Shown here one piece after another: positions 43,670 to 54,305 of a stretch of 64,000 bases of DNA (position 1 is the first letter of the stretch; each line of letters begins with the position of its first letter). This stretch comes from an uncultured delta proteobacterium (GTDB taxonomy: Bacteria > Desulfobacterota > Binatia > UBA9968). Both the position numbers and the translations under genes were made by a program. The stretch is from positions 672,001 to 736,000 of the forward strand of contig CAWFJP010000003.1 in assembly GCA_963816145.1 (NCBI GenBank), given 5' to 3'. The notes beneath the pieces are model-generated. The model worked only from the letters and a program-made list of their open reading frames with translations, was not told the DNA's origin and did not search any database.

Positions 43670-44221
43670 TTAAGCGACCTTCGCCCGCGCCGCATTGGGC
43701 TCAAGCAGAATGTCTATTAACTGATCGAAAGCCGCGTCGGCTTTCTTATTGACTTCTTCAACCTTCACCGTGCCGATCGGATGTTGCACCACCAGCACCG
43801 GATGATCCGGCGCGCCGAAGGCTTCCTTCTCGGATTTCGCCAGCGCCGTGAAAGCGTTGGTGATGAAAGTCACGGCGAACTTCCCGCGTTTCTGGATTTC
43901 TAACGAGTCGTGGACACTCCACGACGTGCAAGAGCCTCAATCACCGAGGCCGGCTAAGACGAAATCCGTCTGCGCGGCCAGCTCCTCGATATATTGTTTT
44001 GGCGCGCCTTGCTGCGCCGTCAGCTTGCGCCGAGTAATCACCTTGGCCACGCCATAGCGTTCCTGCAACAGCGCAGCCAATCGTTCCGCCAGCTTGTCGG
44101 CGTTCGGCTTGCTGTTATCCAGCACCCCGATGATTTTCCCCTGCAAACTCGTAAAGCGCGCTACCGGGGCAATTTTCGCCGCCGACGACTTCGCTTTCCC
44201 CTCCGGGCTGAGAACAATCAT
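43670..44221 (-). CDS. UGSC-family selenoprotein (183 aa, Sec at TGA 43937-43939)
   Basis: ORFs 43937..44221 and 43670..43873 share a frame and are joined by GD-TGA-GSCTSWSVHD; also NSKPNAD and HPIG motifs; RBS AGGAGG. Confidence 0.88.
43907..43925 (-). promoter_or_regulatory. Bacterial SECIS-like hairpin
   Basis: GUCGUGGA-GUG-UCCACGAC, perfect 8-bp stem with a G-led loop, starting 11 nt after the UGA. Confidence 0.75.
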
Positions 44222-44330
44222 TTACTGTCCTCCTCCTATTAAATTTACCGCCACTGTAATCCACCGCTGCCACTCTGTCAAAACCACTTCGACCGAGATC
44301 CCTGGCGGCGTTGCAGACTCTATTTCCGGC

Positions 44331-45419
44331 CTAAAGCGCATAGAACGTCTTGGGATTATCGTAGAGAATCTTCTGGATCGCCCGCTCGGGAATATCGCCC
44401 TTGGCAGCGCGTTTTTCCAATTCTCTACGGAATTCAAGCTCCATCGATGGATCGCGATGCGTGTAGTCGGAGCCAACCATCAGGTTGTCCTCGCCGACGC
44501 AATTCAAGATATAGGGCAGGTCTTCGTCCACCTGCACGGTGATGTAGATGCGATTATCCTTAAAGACGTTGCCCGACAACTTGATTTCGGGAATGCCCAG
44601 CACGCCGACGCTCTCGCGCCCCTGTTGACGAAACGCCTGGCGACGCAGATCGTACGCGACAAACGGCGCCCACATCGATCCCGCTTCAATGCAGCCGATG
44701 CGCAGTTTGGGAAATCTATTTGGAATCTTGTGCACGACCAGACCAATCACAGCGTTGATTACCCCGGCCTTGGTACGCATGAACTGGCCGTGAGAGAACT
44801 CACGCGCCGGCGAGAAATCGGGAATCCCCGACCCTGTGTGAATGCAGATCGGCAAATTGTACTTTTCGGCCGCGGCATAGAGTGGGTCGAAATAGGGGTC
44901 GGCGGGATACTTGCCGGCCTCGCGGTCGCCTTTCTTGAGCACGCCGCACGCGCCGTTTTCTTTTGCCCAGCGCAGCTCGCTGTCTGCTTCTTCGATGCTC
45001 TGTACCAGCGGCATGCATACCCAGCGCAGCCGGCCACCCGACTTGGAGCAACGATCGGCGAGCCAGCGGTTGTAACTGCGCCGCATGGCCGTGCTGATAT
45101 CAGGCTTCTCGGTAGCTTCCATCAAGAATAAAGTGGGATAAATCACCTGAATGTCGGTGCCCAATTCATCCATATGCTTCAGACGAACATCGATATCCAA
45201 CAGTTCGCGCGACTCGACCACGGTGCCGGAGTCCTTGTCGCTGCGGACAAAGCGCACTTGGCGCCGCCCATCGATGACCCAATAGCGCGCCGGCGGCAAT
45301 TTCGGGTCGGGATTGGCCGGATACGTCGTGGTCGGCTTGTAGGGCAAGTCGCTGTCGCGCATGTATTCCCAGGTTGCGTCGGTTTCGTCGATATGTGTGT
45401 CAGCATCAATTATTCCCAC
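44331..45419 (-). CDS. Amidohydrolase family protein
   Basis: IIDADTH, RSYNRWL, CIHTG, GSDYTH; GTG start with AAGGAG. Confidence 0.9.
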   Translation of the reverse strand: MGIIDADTHIDETDATWEYMRDSDLPYKPTTTYPANPDPKLPPARYWVIDGRRQVRFVRSDKDSGTVVESRELLDIDVRLKHMDELGTDIQVIYPTLFLMEATEKPDISTAMRRSYNRWLADRCSKSGGRLRWVCMPLVQSIEEADSELRWAKENGACGVLKKGDREAGKYPADPYFDPLYAAAEKYNLPICIHTGSGIPDFSPAREFSHGQFMRTKAGVINAVIGLVVHKIPNRFPKLRIGCIEAGSMWAPFVAYDLRRQAFRQQGRESVGVLGIPEIKLSGNVFKDNRIYITVQVDEDLPYILNCVGEDNLMVGSDYTHRDPSMELEFRRELEKRAAKGDIPERAIQKILYDNPKTFYAL

Positions 45420-45498
45420 TGTGGCTCTCTCCTTACTGCATCAAGTCTTTACTTTTTCTATTACGCTTTGGCGCGAGATTAAAGAGCCCCGCATTTAC

Positions 45499-46581
45499 TC
45501 ATAGGCCGTAAAATGCTTTGGGATTGTCGTAGAGTATCTTCGCGACGGCGGTCTTGGGGATCTCGCCACGGTCGGCGCGTTGCTGCAAAATTTTTCGAAA
45601 CTCCAGCTCCATGGACGGATCGCGATGGGTGTAGTCGGAGCCGACAATCAAATTATCCTCGCCGACGTATTGCAGGATGTACGGCAAATCCTCATCCACC
45701 TGGCAGGTGATGTAAATTCGATTGTCACGGAAAAGGTTGGCTTTTATCTCGGTTTGCGGCCCGCCCAGGACGCTCACCCGGCCGGCGCGCGATGCCGCGC
45801 GCCGACGCAGATCGTAGTCGACGAACGGCGCCCACGAGGCACCGGCTTCGATACAGCCGAAGCGCAGTTTGGGAAATTGACTGGGGATGTTGTTGACCAT
45901 CAAAGTCTCGATACCGTTCACCGCCGCCGCTTTGGTGCGCCAGAACCCCGCGAGTGAAAATTCCCGCGCCGGGGAAAAATCTGGAATGCCGGACCCTGTG
46001 TGGATGCAGATCGGCAGGTCGAGTTTTTCCGCTTCCTGATACAGCGGCATGAAGAACGGATCGGCGATCCATTTTTCCGCTTCGCGGTCGCCTTTCTTCA
46101 AGACACCGCAGGCACCATGCTCCTTGGCGAAACGCAGCTCTTTGACCGCCTCGTCCATGTTATGCAGCGGCGGAAGACATACCCAGCGCAGCCGACCATT
46201 GGACTTGGAACAGCGATCCGCTAGCCAACGGTTGTAGCTACGGCGCAAGGCGCTGGCTACGTCGGGCTTTTCGCTGGCCTCCATGAGAAAAACCGTCGGG
46301 TAGATGACTTGAATTTCGGTGCCGAGCTGGTCCATGTGTTTGAGACGCACCTGGATATCCAACAGCTCGCGCGACTGCACCACCGTTCCCGACTCTTCGT
46401 CGCCACGGATAAAGCGCAGCTGGCGCCGCCCGTCGATCAGCCAATAGCGGGTCGGCACCTTCGTCGGATCGGGATTGGCGGGATACTGCGTCGTCGGCTT
46501 GAAGCGCAGGTCGTCACCGGTCATGTATTCCCAGGTGTCATCCGTTTCATCGATATGCGTATCGGCGTCTATGATTCCCAT
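45499..46581 (-). CDS. Amidohydrolase family protein (tandem paralog of 44331..45419)
   Basis: Same motifs, with long identical stretches. Confidence 0.9.
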   Translation of the reverse strand: MGIIDADTHIDETDDTWEYMTGDDLRFKPTTQYPANPDPTKVPTRYWLIDGRRQLRFIRGDEESGTVVQSRELLDIQVRLKHMDQLGTEIQVIYPTVFLMEASEKPDVASALRRSYNRWLADRCSKSNGRLRWVCLPPLHNMDEAVKELRFAKEHGACGVLKKGDREAEKWIADPFFMPLYQEAEKLDLPICIHTGSGIPDFSPAREFSLAGFWRTKAAAVNGIETLMVNNIPSQFPKLRFGCIEAGASWAPFVDYDLRRRAASRAGRVSVLGGPQTEIKANLFRDNRIYITCQVDEDLPYILQYVGEDNLIVGSDYTHRDPSMELEFRKILQQRADRGEIPKTAVAKILYDNPKAFYGL

Positions 46582-46830
46582 GATGATCCCCTCCGATTAG
46601 AAAACATCTAGCCTCAACCACTCCACGGTCCTAGAAACCTTATCCGCTTTGTCATTCCGAGGCGAAGCCGAGGAATCTCGACTTCGTAAAGTAGCCGCCA
46701 GGTCGAGATCACTCGCCATGCTCGGGATGTTAGGCTTGGGCAACTGCCCCATTGCGACTCGGCCAGGGACCGACCATCGAACCTTGAACCGTTGAACGTT
46801 TGAACCTGGAACAGCTAATGCGGTCAAGCG

Positions 46831-47229
46831 TTAGACATCGAACTGTTTTCGCCCCTTCATCTTCTCATTCATCGCCGGGTCGAGATAGATCGTCGGCCCG
46901 CCGAAACCTTCGGCGCGGTTGCCGAGCAGCGCCATCACCGTATCGCCGGTGTTTTTGATGTCGTAGTAATACTTCGCCGGCAGCAGCACCACACTGCCCT
47001 TTTCGACTTTAGTCCGGCTGCCGTCGCGATGGACGATATGCCCCGACCCCTCGATGACGGTAAAAGTTTCATCGGTGTTGTGGTAGTGCAGACCGTTGGT
47101 TCCTTCGCCGGGCATATAGACGTTTAGCCAAACACGGAAATTCGCCGTGCCCATGAGATTGAAATACATTTTCGGCTTGCCCGATTTGACGGTTTCTTCG
47201 ATTTTGTCTTGCAGCGTTGCTAGTTCCAT
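46831..47229 (-). CDS. Cupin domain protein
   Basis: LHYHNTDETF.VIEG, PAKYYY..KNTG. Confidence 0.85.
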   Translation of the reverse strand: MELATLQDKIEETVKSGKPKMYFNLMGTANFRVWLNVYMPGEGTNGLHYHNTDETFTVIEGSGHIVHRDGSRTKVEKGSVVLLPAKYYYDIKNTGDTVMALLGNRAEGFGGPTIYLDPAMNEKMKGRKQFDV

Positions 47230-47402
47230 TCTGTCCCTCCTGTTTCCCCATTTTTATTATGAACGGCGTCAAATGTTCAAGATTAGCGCTCACTAGTTCA
47301 AGCCGTTCCATCACTTCGTTCAGCTCAACCGCTACGCTCCGTTCAAATCGTTGTCGGAGGTTTCAAACTTTCGATGAACGGTTCCGCGCCTCCCCCGCGA
47401 GC

Positions 47403-47534
47403 GAGGCTGTGTCGTAATGCGCAAATGCCCCACATCTGTCATCCCGAGTGCAGCGAGGGATCTCGTGTTTTCAGCCACATACGAAGAAGAGATTTCTCGG
47501 CTTCACCTCGAAATGACAGTTGCGACACAGTCTG
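47403..47534. mobile_element. 132-bp MITE, copy 1
   Basis: TIRs GAGGCTGTGTCGTAA / TTGCGACACAGTCTG; GAGC direct repeats at 47399-47402 and 47535-47538. Confidence 0.85.
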
Positions 47535-47620
47535 GAGCGCGGGGGAGGATTGAAGGTGGGGGTTGAACGGAGCGTAGCGATTGAACGACTGGAACGATTG
47601 GAACATCTCCAGATTCCGAA

Positions 47621-48739
47621 TTACACCTCCCCAAACAACCGTATCGGATTCTCGTAGAGAATCTTTTGCTTCTGCCGCTCGGTGATATCCCGGCGCGCCA
47701 ACAGTTCCTGGGCGGCATTCTCGCGCCCTTCGCCATGCGGATAATCCGACGAAAACAGCAGCTGATCTTCGCCCAAGAGTGCGATCTCTTCCTTCATCAA
47801 CGGGTCTTCCATCTCGCCGCAGACGAAGAAGCGGCCCGATTTCAGACACTCCTTCATAGTCATCCTGGGCATCTTCGCTTCGAGAATCTTCGGCTGAATC
47901 TCGCGGTCGCGGGCGATGTAATGATCGATGCGGCCCGCCATGTAGAAAAGCCACTCGGCGCCGAATTCCATAAACGCAATTCGCAGGTCGGGATAACGAT
48001 CCATCATGCCGCGGCCAAGCAGGGCGACGAACGCCATCTGCGCCGGCAGCGCCATGCTCAGCGCATGGGCGTCGAGAAAAGTTTCGACGCAGTTATCGAA
48101 AGCCGGAAAGCTCGCCGCCATATGCACGCATAGCGGCAGCTTGCAGCGCGCGAACTCGTCCCAAAACTCGCTGAACGTTTCATCGCTCAACATCTTGTCA
48201 TGGGCGGTGCCGAACACCACCGCCGCCGAGGCCCCGAGCTTGAGCATTTCCTCCAACGCGGCGATGGACTCGCGCGGATGGCGCAGGGGAATCAAGCCGG
48301 CCCATTTCAGGCGTTTGGCGAATGGTTTGGTCTGGCGCGCGATGAAACGGTTGAAGGCGCGATACAACGCCGCTTCGAAGCGCGGGTCGGCGGTCCAGCG
48401 CGCATAGAGCGTCGACGGAAAGAGAAATTGCACGTCGATGCCCAATCGGTCGAGGTCGCGAATCCGCGCCTCGGGATCGACGACCGTGAGCGAGCCGCGG
48501 TTGGTGCCTTCGACCACCCAGCGGGGCGGGTTCGCCGGTTGCAGTCCCGGCCCAAGCGCGTGCGGCTCCATCCGTCCATCTATCAACCAACCGGCGGTAA
48601 AAGCCGCCAGTTCCGCGCCGTCGTGAATCAAGGCCGGCCGCGGCCGCCGCGCGGAAAACTCCTTCGGCATATCTTCCCACATCTGCGGCGCCGCATTGAC
48701 ATGCGCGTCGGCATCGTAAACTCGATATCCGTTAATCAT
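47621..48739 (-). CDS. Amidohydrolase family protein
   Basis: YDADAH, RAFNRFI, CVH, FSSDYPH. Confidence 0.9.
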   Translation of the reverse strand: MINGYRVYDADAHVNAAPQMWEDMPKEFSARRPRPALIHDGAELAAFTAGWLIDGRMEPHALGPGLQPANPPRWVVEGTNRGSLTVVDPEARIRDLDRLGIDVQFLFPSTLYARWTADPRFEAALYRAFNRFIARQTKPFAKRLKWAGLIPLRHPRESIAALEEMLKLGASAAVVFGTAHDKMLSDETFSEFWDEFARCKLPLCVHMAASFPAFDNCVETFLDAHALSMALPAQMAFVALLGRGMMDRYPDLRIAFMEFGAEWLFYMAGRIDHYIARDREIQPKILEAKMPRMTMKECLKSGRFFVCGEMEDPLMKEEIALLGEDQLLFSSDYPHGEGRENAAQELLARRDITERQKQKILYENPIRLFGEV

Positions 48740-49058
48740 TGTAAACTCCCGAATTGAATTGTTGAGCGGTTTAACCATGCCGTTCGACGCGCTGTCAAAC
48801 CCAGGCAAAACGAATGCTGCGTTTTTCCGTCACTTCCGCATAACGGGGATTCAGGTTTGTTCCGGCGTAATCAAATGATTTCTCCATCACAGAGCTCACT
48901 GAGAACACAGAGAAAAGTTATTTTGAATCCTCTGCGATCTCTGTGTCCTCTGTGGTGAAACATCTAGTCTGATTCTCCCAAGCGGCATTGACAGAAATCG
49001 CGCCTGGGTGTTAAGCCAGCTGTGACTATCAAATTTTTTGCCGAGGAGAACGCTCGTG

Positions 49059-50100
49059 ATGGACGGAGTCGATATTATCGATGCCGATGGCCATGTCTTG
49101 GAGACCGACGCCGAATTGGAGCAATATTTTGACGGCGACTACAAAGGCCACCGCCGCACCGGCACCTTTTCGATCTTTCCTTCCCTCGACGGCTGGCCGC
49201 GCGGCTTTGTCCGCGGCTTGAACAAGGTCACCAAGGTCGATTGCAACAGCTGGGTCCAGTTTATCGAAGGCTCGAATATCTCCGCGGCGGTGCTCTATCC
49301 GACGGCCGCGCTTTCCGCCGGCCTCATTCAGGACCATGACTGGGCTTGCGTGGTCGCGCGCATGTATAACAATTGGCTCTATGATCGCTACTGCAAGATC
49401 GACCAGCGCTTGAAAGGTGTGGCACTTTTGCCGGTGCAAAATCCCCAGGAAGCCGCCAACGAATTGCGCCGTTGCGTCAAAGATTACGGCATGATCGCAG
49501 GATTATTGCCGGCGGTCACAAACCTGCACAAGGGCTACGGCCACCAGGATTTCCATCCTATCTATAAAGTCGCCCAAGAACTGAACGTTCCCCTCACCGT
49601 TCATGGCGCGGTCAGCGCCAACTTGGGCTTCGATTTTCTCCAGACCATGTCGATGATCCACACGCTGGAGCATCCGATCGCCCAGATGATCCAGCTCACC
49701 AGCGTCGTCCTCGACGGCGTGTTCGATCTGTATCCCCAAACTGCGAATCGGTTTCCTCGAAGCCGGCGCCGGCTGGATCCCCTATATGATGGACCGGCTG
49801 GATGAAAAGGATCACATCGACCGCAAGCGCAAGCACTTCCCGCTGAGCAAGAAGCCCAGCGACTACTTCAAGCGCGGCAATATCTACATTACCTGTGAGA
49901 CCGATGAAAAGACTCTGGACGTGGTCGTGCGCGAAATGGGCGAAGACTTCATGATGTACCCCACCGACTTCCCGCACGAACGCGAGGCCGGCGTGTTCGC
50001 CAAGGACATCCCGGAGTTTTGGGCGAGAAGAGATCTATCGGAACAGGTGAAACGAAAAGTTTTCAGCGATAACGCCAAACGGTTTTACGCGATCAGTTAG
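49059..50100 (+). CDS. Amidohydrolase family protein, frameshift near 49735
   Basis: IIDADGH; YP-KLRIGFLEAGAGW is restored by removing one C from CCCC 49734-49737; TDFPHE. Confidence 0.85.
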
Positions 50101-50211
50101 GATACTCACCACGAAGGACACGAAGAGCACGAAGTTCGGAAAAGATAATCCGAAACCTTCGTGTCCTTCGGTGCTTCGTGGTGAGAACAAGTTTTCCACG
50201 GGAGGCCAACA

Positions 50212-51327
50212 ATGCCGGGAATCATCGACGCCGACACTCATATCGCTGAATCGGAAAGCATGTGGAAATACTTCGACAAGGAAATGTACCACCGCCGGCC
50301 GGTCATGGTTTCGGCGCCCGACGACACGCTGTACCAGGACTTCAACGTGCTGTGGCTCATCGACGGCAACATATTTCCAAAAGCCTCGGGCAAGGGCGGC
50401 TTCCGCATCATCACGCCGACGGCGTCGAAGCGCGAAGCCAATCGCACGGACATCGCGCTCGGCTGCCGCGAGATCACCGATGTTCCGGCCCGGCTGGCCG
50501 ACATGGACAAGGCCGGCGTCGAGACCCAGGTGATCTACCCGACGCTTTTTCTCATCGACGTGACCGATGACGCCAAGCTCCAGGCAGCTCTATGCGGCGC
50601 GTATAACAATTTCCTCGGCGAAGTTTACCGACAGTCCAACAACCGGCTGCGCTGGGTCGCCGTGCTGCCGCTAAAATCGGTTGACGAGTCGATCAAACAG
50701 ATGTACGAAGCCAAACAAAACGGCGCCGTCGGTATCTTCTTCAGCGGCATCGTCGGCTCACTGACGCTCAACAATCCGCACTTTTATCCGATCTACGCGG
50801 AAGCCGAGAAGTTGGGTCTGCCAATCTGCGTGCACACCGGCCAAGGCTCGCGGCCGCTGCTTGAATTTTTCGATCTCGAATTGAACGGCACGTTCGGCAG
50901 TTCGCACTGCCCGCCGATCATCGGCTTTCGCGATTTGGTCGCCAGCGAAATCCCCGAGAAATTCCCCGCCTTGAGATTCGGCTTTCTCGAAGTCTCGGCA
51001 AGCTGGGTGCCGTTTCTCTACCATCACTTGAAGCGCTCCGCCCGGCCGCGCCCGAGTTTCCCCAACGCCCGCTGGAAACACGCCTCGTGCAAAGACCTGT
51101 TCCGCGACTACCGCATCTATGTAGCCTGCGAAGTCGACGAGGATATCCCTTACCTGGCGGAGTACATCGGCGAAGATAATCTGATGATTGGCTCCGACTA
51201 CGGCCACAACGATCCCGCCGAGGAGAAGGCCTTGGTGCAAACGATGCGGAGCCGTGAAGATTTGCCGGCTGGACTAGCCGATAAAATCATGTGTGAGAAC
51301 CCGAAGATTTTTTACGGACTAAACTGA
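50212..51327 (+). CDS. Amidohydrolase family protein
   Basis: IIDADTH, AYNNFL, CVHTG, GSDYGH. Confidence 0.9.
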   Translation: MPGIIDADTHIAESESMWKYFDKEMYHRRPVMVSAPDDTLYQDFNVLWLIDGNIFPKASGKGGFRIITPTASKREANRTDIALGCREITDVPARLADMDKAGVETQVIYPTLFLIDVTDDAKLQAALCGAYNNFLGEVYRQSNNRLRWVAVLPLKSVDESIKQMYEAKQNGAVGIFFSGIVGSLTLNNPHFYPIYAEAEKLGLPICVHTGQGSRPLLEFFDLELNGTFGSSHCPPIIGFRDLVASEIPEKFPALRFGFLEVSASWVPFLYHHLKRSARPRPSFPNARWKHASCKDLFRDYRIYVACEVDEDIPYLAEYIGEDNLMIGSDYGHNDPAEEKALVQTMRSREDLPAGLADKIMCENPKIFYGLN

Positions 51328-51344
51328 TCTGAATGAGAGGCTTT

Positions 51345-52367
51345 ATGAAGAGGACTCTTCTACTAGCGACGATGATTCTCTGGAGCACGGAACTCTGGGC
51401 GCAGAACCAATTCTACCAGGGCAAAACCATCACGGTGATCAGCACCTCCAGCACTGGCAGCGCCTACGATATTTACGCCCGGCTCGTGGCCCAATTCATG
51501 GGCAAGCATATCCCGGGCAACCCCAGCTTCATCGCCCAGAACATGCCCGGCGCCGGCTCGCTCATCGGCACCAACTATCTATACGGCTTGGCCAAAGGCG
51601 ACGGCACGGTGATCGGCGGCTTGCAGCCGTCGATGTATTTCAATCAACTCTACAAGCAGCCCGAGGCCAAGTACGACTGGGCAAAGTTCAACTGGCTCGG
51701 CAGCTCGGACCAGTCCGAAAGTCTGCTCTACATGCGCGCCGACCTGCCGTACAAAACTATGGCGGACGTGCGCAAGGCCAAGGAGCCGCCCAAATGCGGC
51801 TCCACCGGCCCGGGGACTTCCGGAACCTATATGCCCAAACTCATGGAAGAACTGCTCGGCACGAAATTCACCATCATCTCGGGTTACAAAGGCGGCGCCG
51901 AAATCGATCTGGCGGTGGAGCGGGGCGAACTCCAGTGCCGCGCCCTGACGATTCAGGCGTACCATACCCGCGAGCCCTACCACACCTGGCGCAAAACCGG
52001 CTTCGCGCGCATTTTGATGCAGACCGGCAAAACCCGCGACCCGCGCATCGCCGACACGCCGACCATTTACGAGCTGATGAATGAACATAAAACCGCCGAG
52101 TCCGAACGGCGCTTGCTGCCGTTGATCCTCGCCGCCAGCGACTTCGGCCGCCCCATGGTCGCTCCCCCCGCAGTGCCGCCGGACAGAGTCAAGATTCTGC
52201 GCGAAGCGTATCTCAAAACCCTGGCCGATCCCGATCTCTTGGCTGAAGCGAAGCGAAAAAACCTCGACATCACCCCCACTTCCGGCGAAGAGCTCCAAGA
52301 GTTGGCCAAACAAGTGATGGTGCAGACGCCCGATATCGTGGCGCGCGTGAAGACGCTCATGGAGTAG
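51345..52367 (+). CDS. Bug/TctC-family receptor
   Basis: FYQGKTI, YDIYAR, HIPGNP, NMPGAG, GYKGG, ERGE. Confidence 0.9.
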   Translation: MKRTLLLATMILWSTELWAQNQFYQGKTITVISTSSTGSAYDIYARLVAQFMGKHIPGNPSFIAQNMPGAGSLIGTNYLYGLAKGDGTVIGGLQPSMYFNQLYKQPEAKYDWAKFNWLGSSDQSESLLYMRADLPYKTMADVRKAKEPPKCGSTGPGTSGTYMPKLMEELLGTKFTIISGYKGGAEIDLAVERGELQCRALTIQAYHTREPYHTWRKTGFARILMQTGKTRDPRIADTPTIYELMNEHKTAESERRLLPLILAASDFGRPMVAPPAVPPDRVKILREAYLKTLADPDLLAEAKRKNLDITPTSGEELQELAKQVMVQTPDIVARVKTLME

Positions 52368-52405
52368 GGATAGAAATTGTTACTGGCCCCAAACGGTCCG
52401 ACCAT

Positions 52406-53194
52406 GTAGGGGCGGGTTTGAAACCCGCCCTCCGAATGCTTGGGCCGACACCTCGATCAGGGCAGGTTTAAAACCTGCCCCTACATCGGATACAGATCAT
52501 ACTTCCCAGGGCTTCGGTGTCACGCTGGTTTTGATTTGCTTGCGCAACGGATTCTCCCGATCCATCTGCCACTGCAAAGGATTGCTGGCGATGTATTCAC
52601 GGATGCGATGCAGTTCATCTTCAGTGCGCACAACATGTTCATAATAGTTTCGTTGCCAAACCGAGATTCCGGCAGTGCCGCGTATCTCATTAATGCGCCG
52701 TGCCGAAAATGTTTTGAACGCCCGAACGACCTCCGACAGCGTAGGGGCGGGTTTCAAACCCACCCTGGCCGAATTCGGACCAACCGCCACCCCACGGGCA
52801 GGTTTAAAACCTACCCTTACGCCGGACGTTCCACCTACGCCATCGTCCATCCACGTGATGATGCCATTAACATGGTTCGGCATCACGACGAACGCATCGC
52901 ATTCCACATTCGAAAAGTGAACTGGCAACTCGTCCCAGATCGTTTGGATGATATGACCGACTTGGTTCAGCCGCATTTCACCGTCGACGACTTCTCCAAA
53001 GGAACACGCGCGATCCTTCGATACGATCGTAACAAAATACCCACCCGCCTCCCCATAATCGTATCCATGCAACCGAATTGATCGGCGGCGTAGTCTTTTC
53101 GGGTTCTGCTCCACAATCGGAACTACCTAACGGCCTTACTTTCAATCTGCAACGGCAAACATCTTAATGTAGGGGCGGGTTTGAAACCCGCCCC
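52406..53194. repeat. GTAG REP family GTAGGGGCGGGTTT(G/C)AAACC(C/T)GCCC, five copies around and inside the RAYT
   Basis: Copies at 52406-52431, 52459-52484 (inverted), 52741-52766, 52796-52820 (inverted) and 53169-53194. Confidence 0.9.
52497..53114 (-). mobile_element. REP-associated tyrosine transposase (RAYT, Y1/HUH), possibly inactive
   Basis: RRSIRL.GYDY...G.YFVTI, MPNHVNGI, WQRNYYEH, YI..NP; flanked by REPs. Confidence 0.9.
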
Positions 53195-53291
53195 TTTTTC
53201 CGCTCTCCAGTTTTCACGATTTGACACTCCTCCGGGCCAGTGTTACGCATCGAGACTAAAAACTTCCTACTATCCTGAAAGCGAGATTCCC

Positions 53292-54305
53292 ATGAGCGAA
53301 AATGCCACGACCCAAGCTCGGTTCCTAAAATCCTACGAAATCCGCCGCGCCTACCAAGGCGGTGTGGAGTATCCGCCGGCGATCAGCGGCGTCAAAGGCG
53401 CCATCGACATTCACTGCCATTGCGACGCGGCGCACCAAGACGCGCTGTCTGTGGCCAAGCTCGCCTCCAAGAACGGAATGCGCGGATTGCTTTACAAATC
53501 CATCGCCGGCAAGAACCGCGCCGAGTCGGTGCAGAAAGTTCGCGATGCTTTAAAAAGCTGGGCTGAAGAGGAACAAGTCCAGCCGATTTTGTGCTGGGCC
53601 GGCGCCAACGTCGCAGGACGTTCAGCACCCCCGACAGTCGCCAAGGTTCGCGAGCTCCTCGACGGCGGCATCAATGCTATATGGATGCCGGTAGCGATGC
53701 ACGCCAACACGTTGAGCAAGATCGGCGGGCGCAAATCTTGGTGGGATCCGTCGGCGGGACGCGGCGAACTCACTCCCGCGCTCAGTTGGGACGAGGCGCT
53801 CAAAGTCGGCCACTATGCCCTCGACGACAAGGGCAAGCTCAAACCGGTGATCAAAGACATCATCGGACTTTTGCACGAGCGCCAGGTGCCGCTGTTCTTC
53901 GGCCACGCGACCCATCCCGAAATCTATGCCTTCGCCGAAGAATGCCAACGAATCGGCCACAGCCAAGCGGTCATCGATCATCCGTTCAGCCCATTCGTCA
54001 ACCTGAGCATCGACCAGATGACCGAGCTCGGCAAAGGCGGCGTTTATCTCAATTTCACTTATGACGAGATCTCGCCCCTGCTCGGCGTCGATCCGTTCGA
54101 CATGTACAAGGCGATTCGCAGTATCGGTGTCGACCATGTCACGCTGTCGAGCGATTGCGGCGAGCCGTTGTTTCCAAACTCTGTGGAAGGCATGAGGCAG
54201 ATGTGCTCTTACATGCGCGCCTTCGGCCTCAGTCAAGAAGAGATCAAGACCGTCAGCTGCGACAACCCGGCGAAGATTCTCAAGCTGAATGAGACGCAGC
54301 CCTAG
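53292..54305 (+). CDS. DUF6282-like metal-dependent hydrolase (paralog of 17264..18316)
   Basis: IDIHCH, IWMP, FGH, IDHPFSPFV, LSSDCGEPLFPNSVE. Confidence 0.75.
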   Translation: MSENATTQARFLKSYEIRRAYQGGVEYPPAISGVKGAIDIHCHCDAAHQDALSVAKLASKNGMRGLLYKSIAGKNRAESVQKVRDALKSWAEEEQVQPILCWAGANVAGRSAPPTVAKVRELLDGGINAIWMPVAMHANTLSKIGGRKSWWDPSAGRGELTPALSWDEALKVGHYALDDKGKLKPVIKDIIGLLHERQVPLFFGHATHPEIYAFAEECQRIGHSQAVIDHPFSPFVNLSIDQMTELGKGGVYLNFTYDEISPLLGVDPFDMYKAIRSIGVDHVTLSSDCGEPLFPNSVEGMRQMCSYMRAFGLSQEEIKTVSCDNPAKILKLNETQP

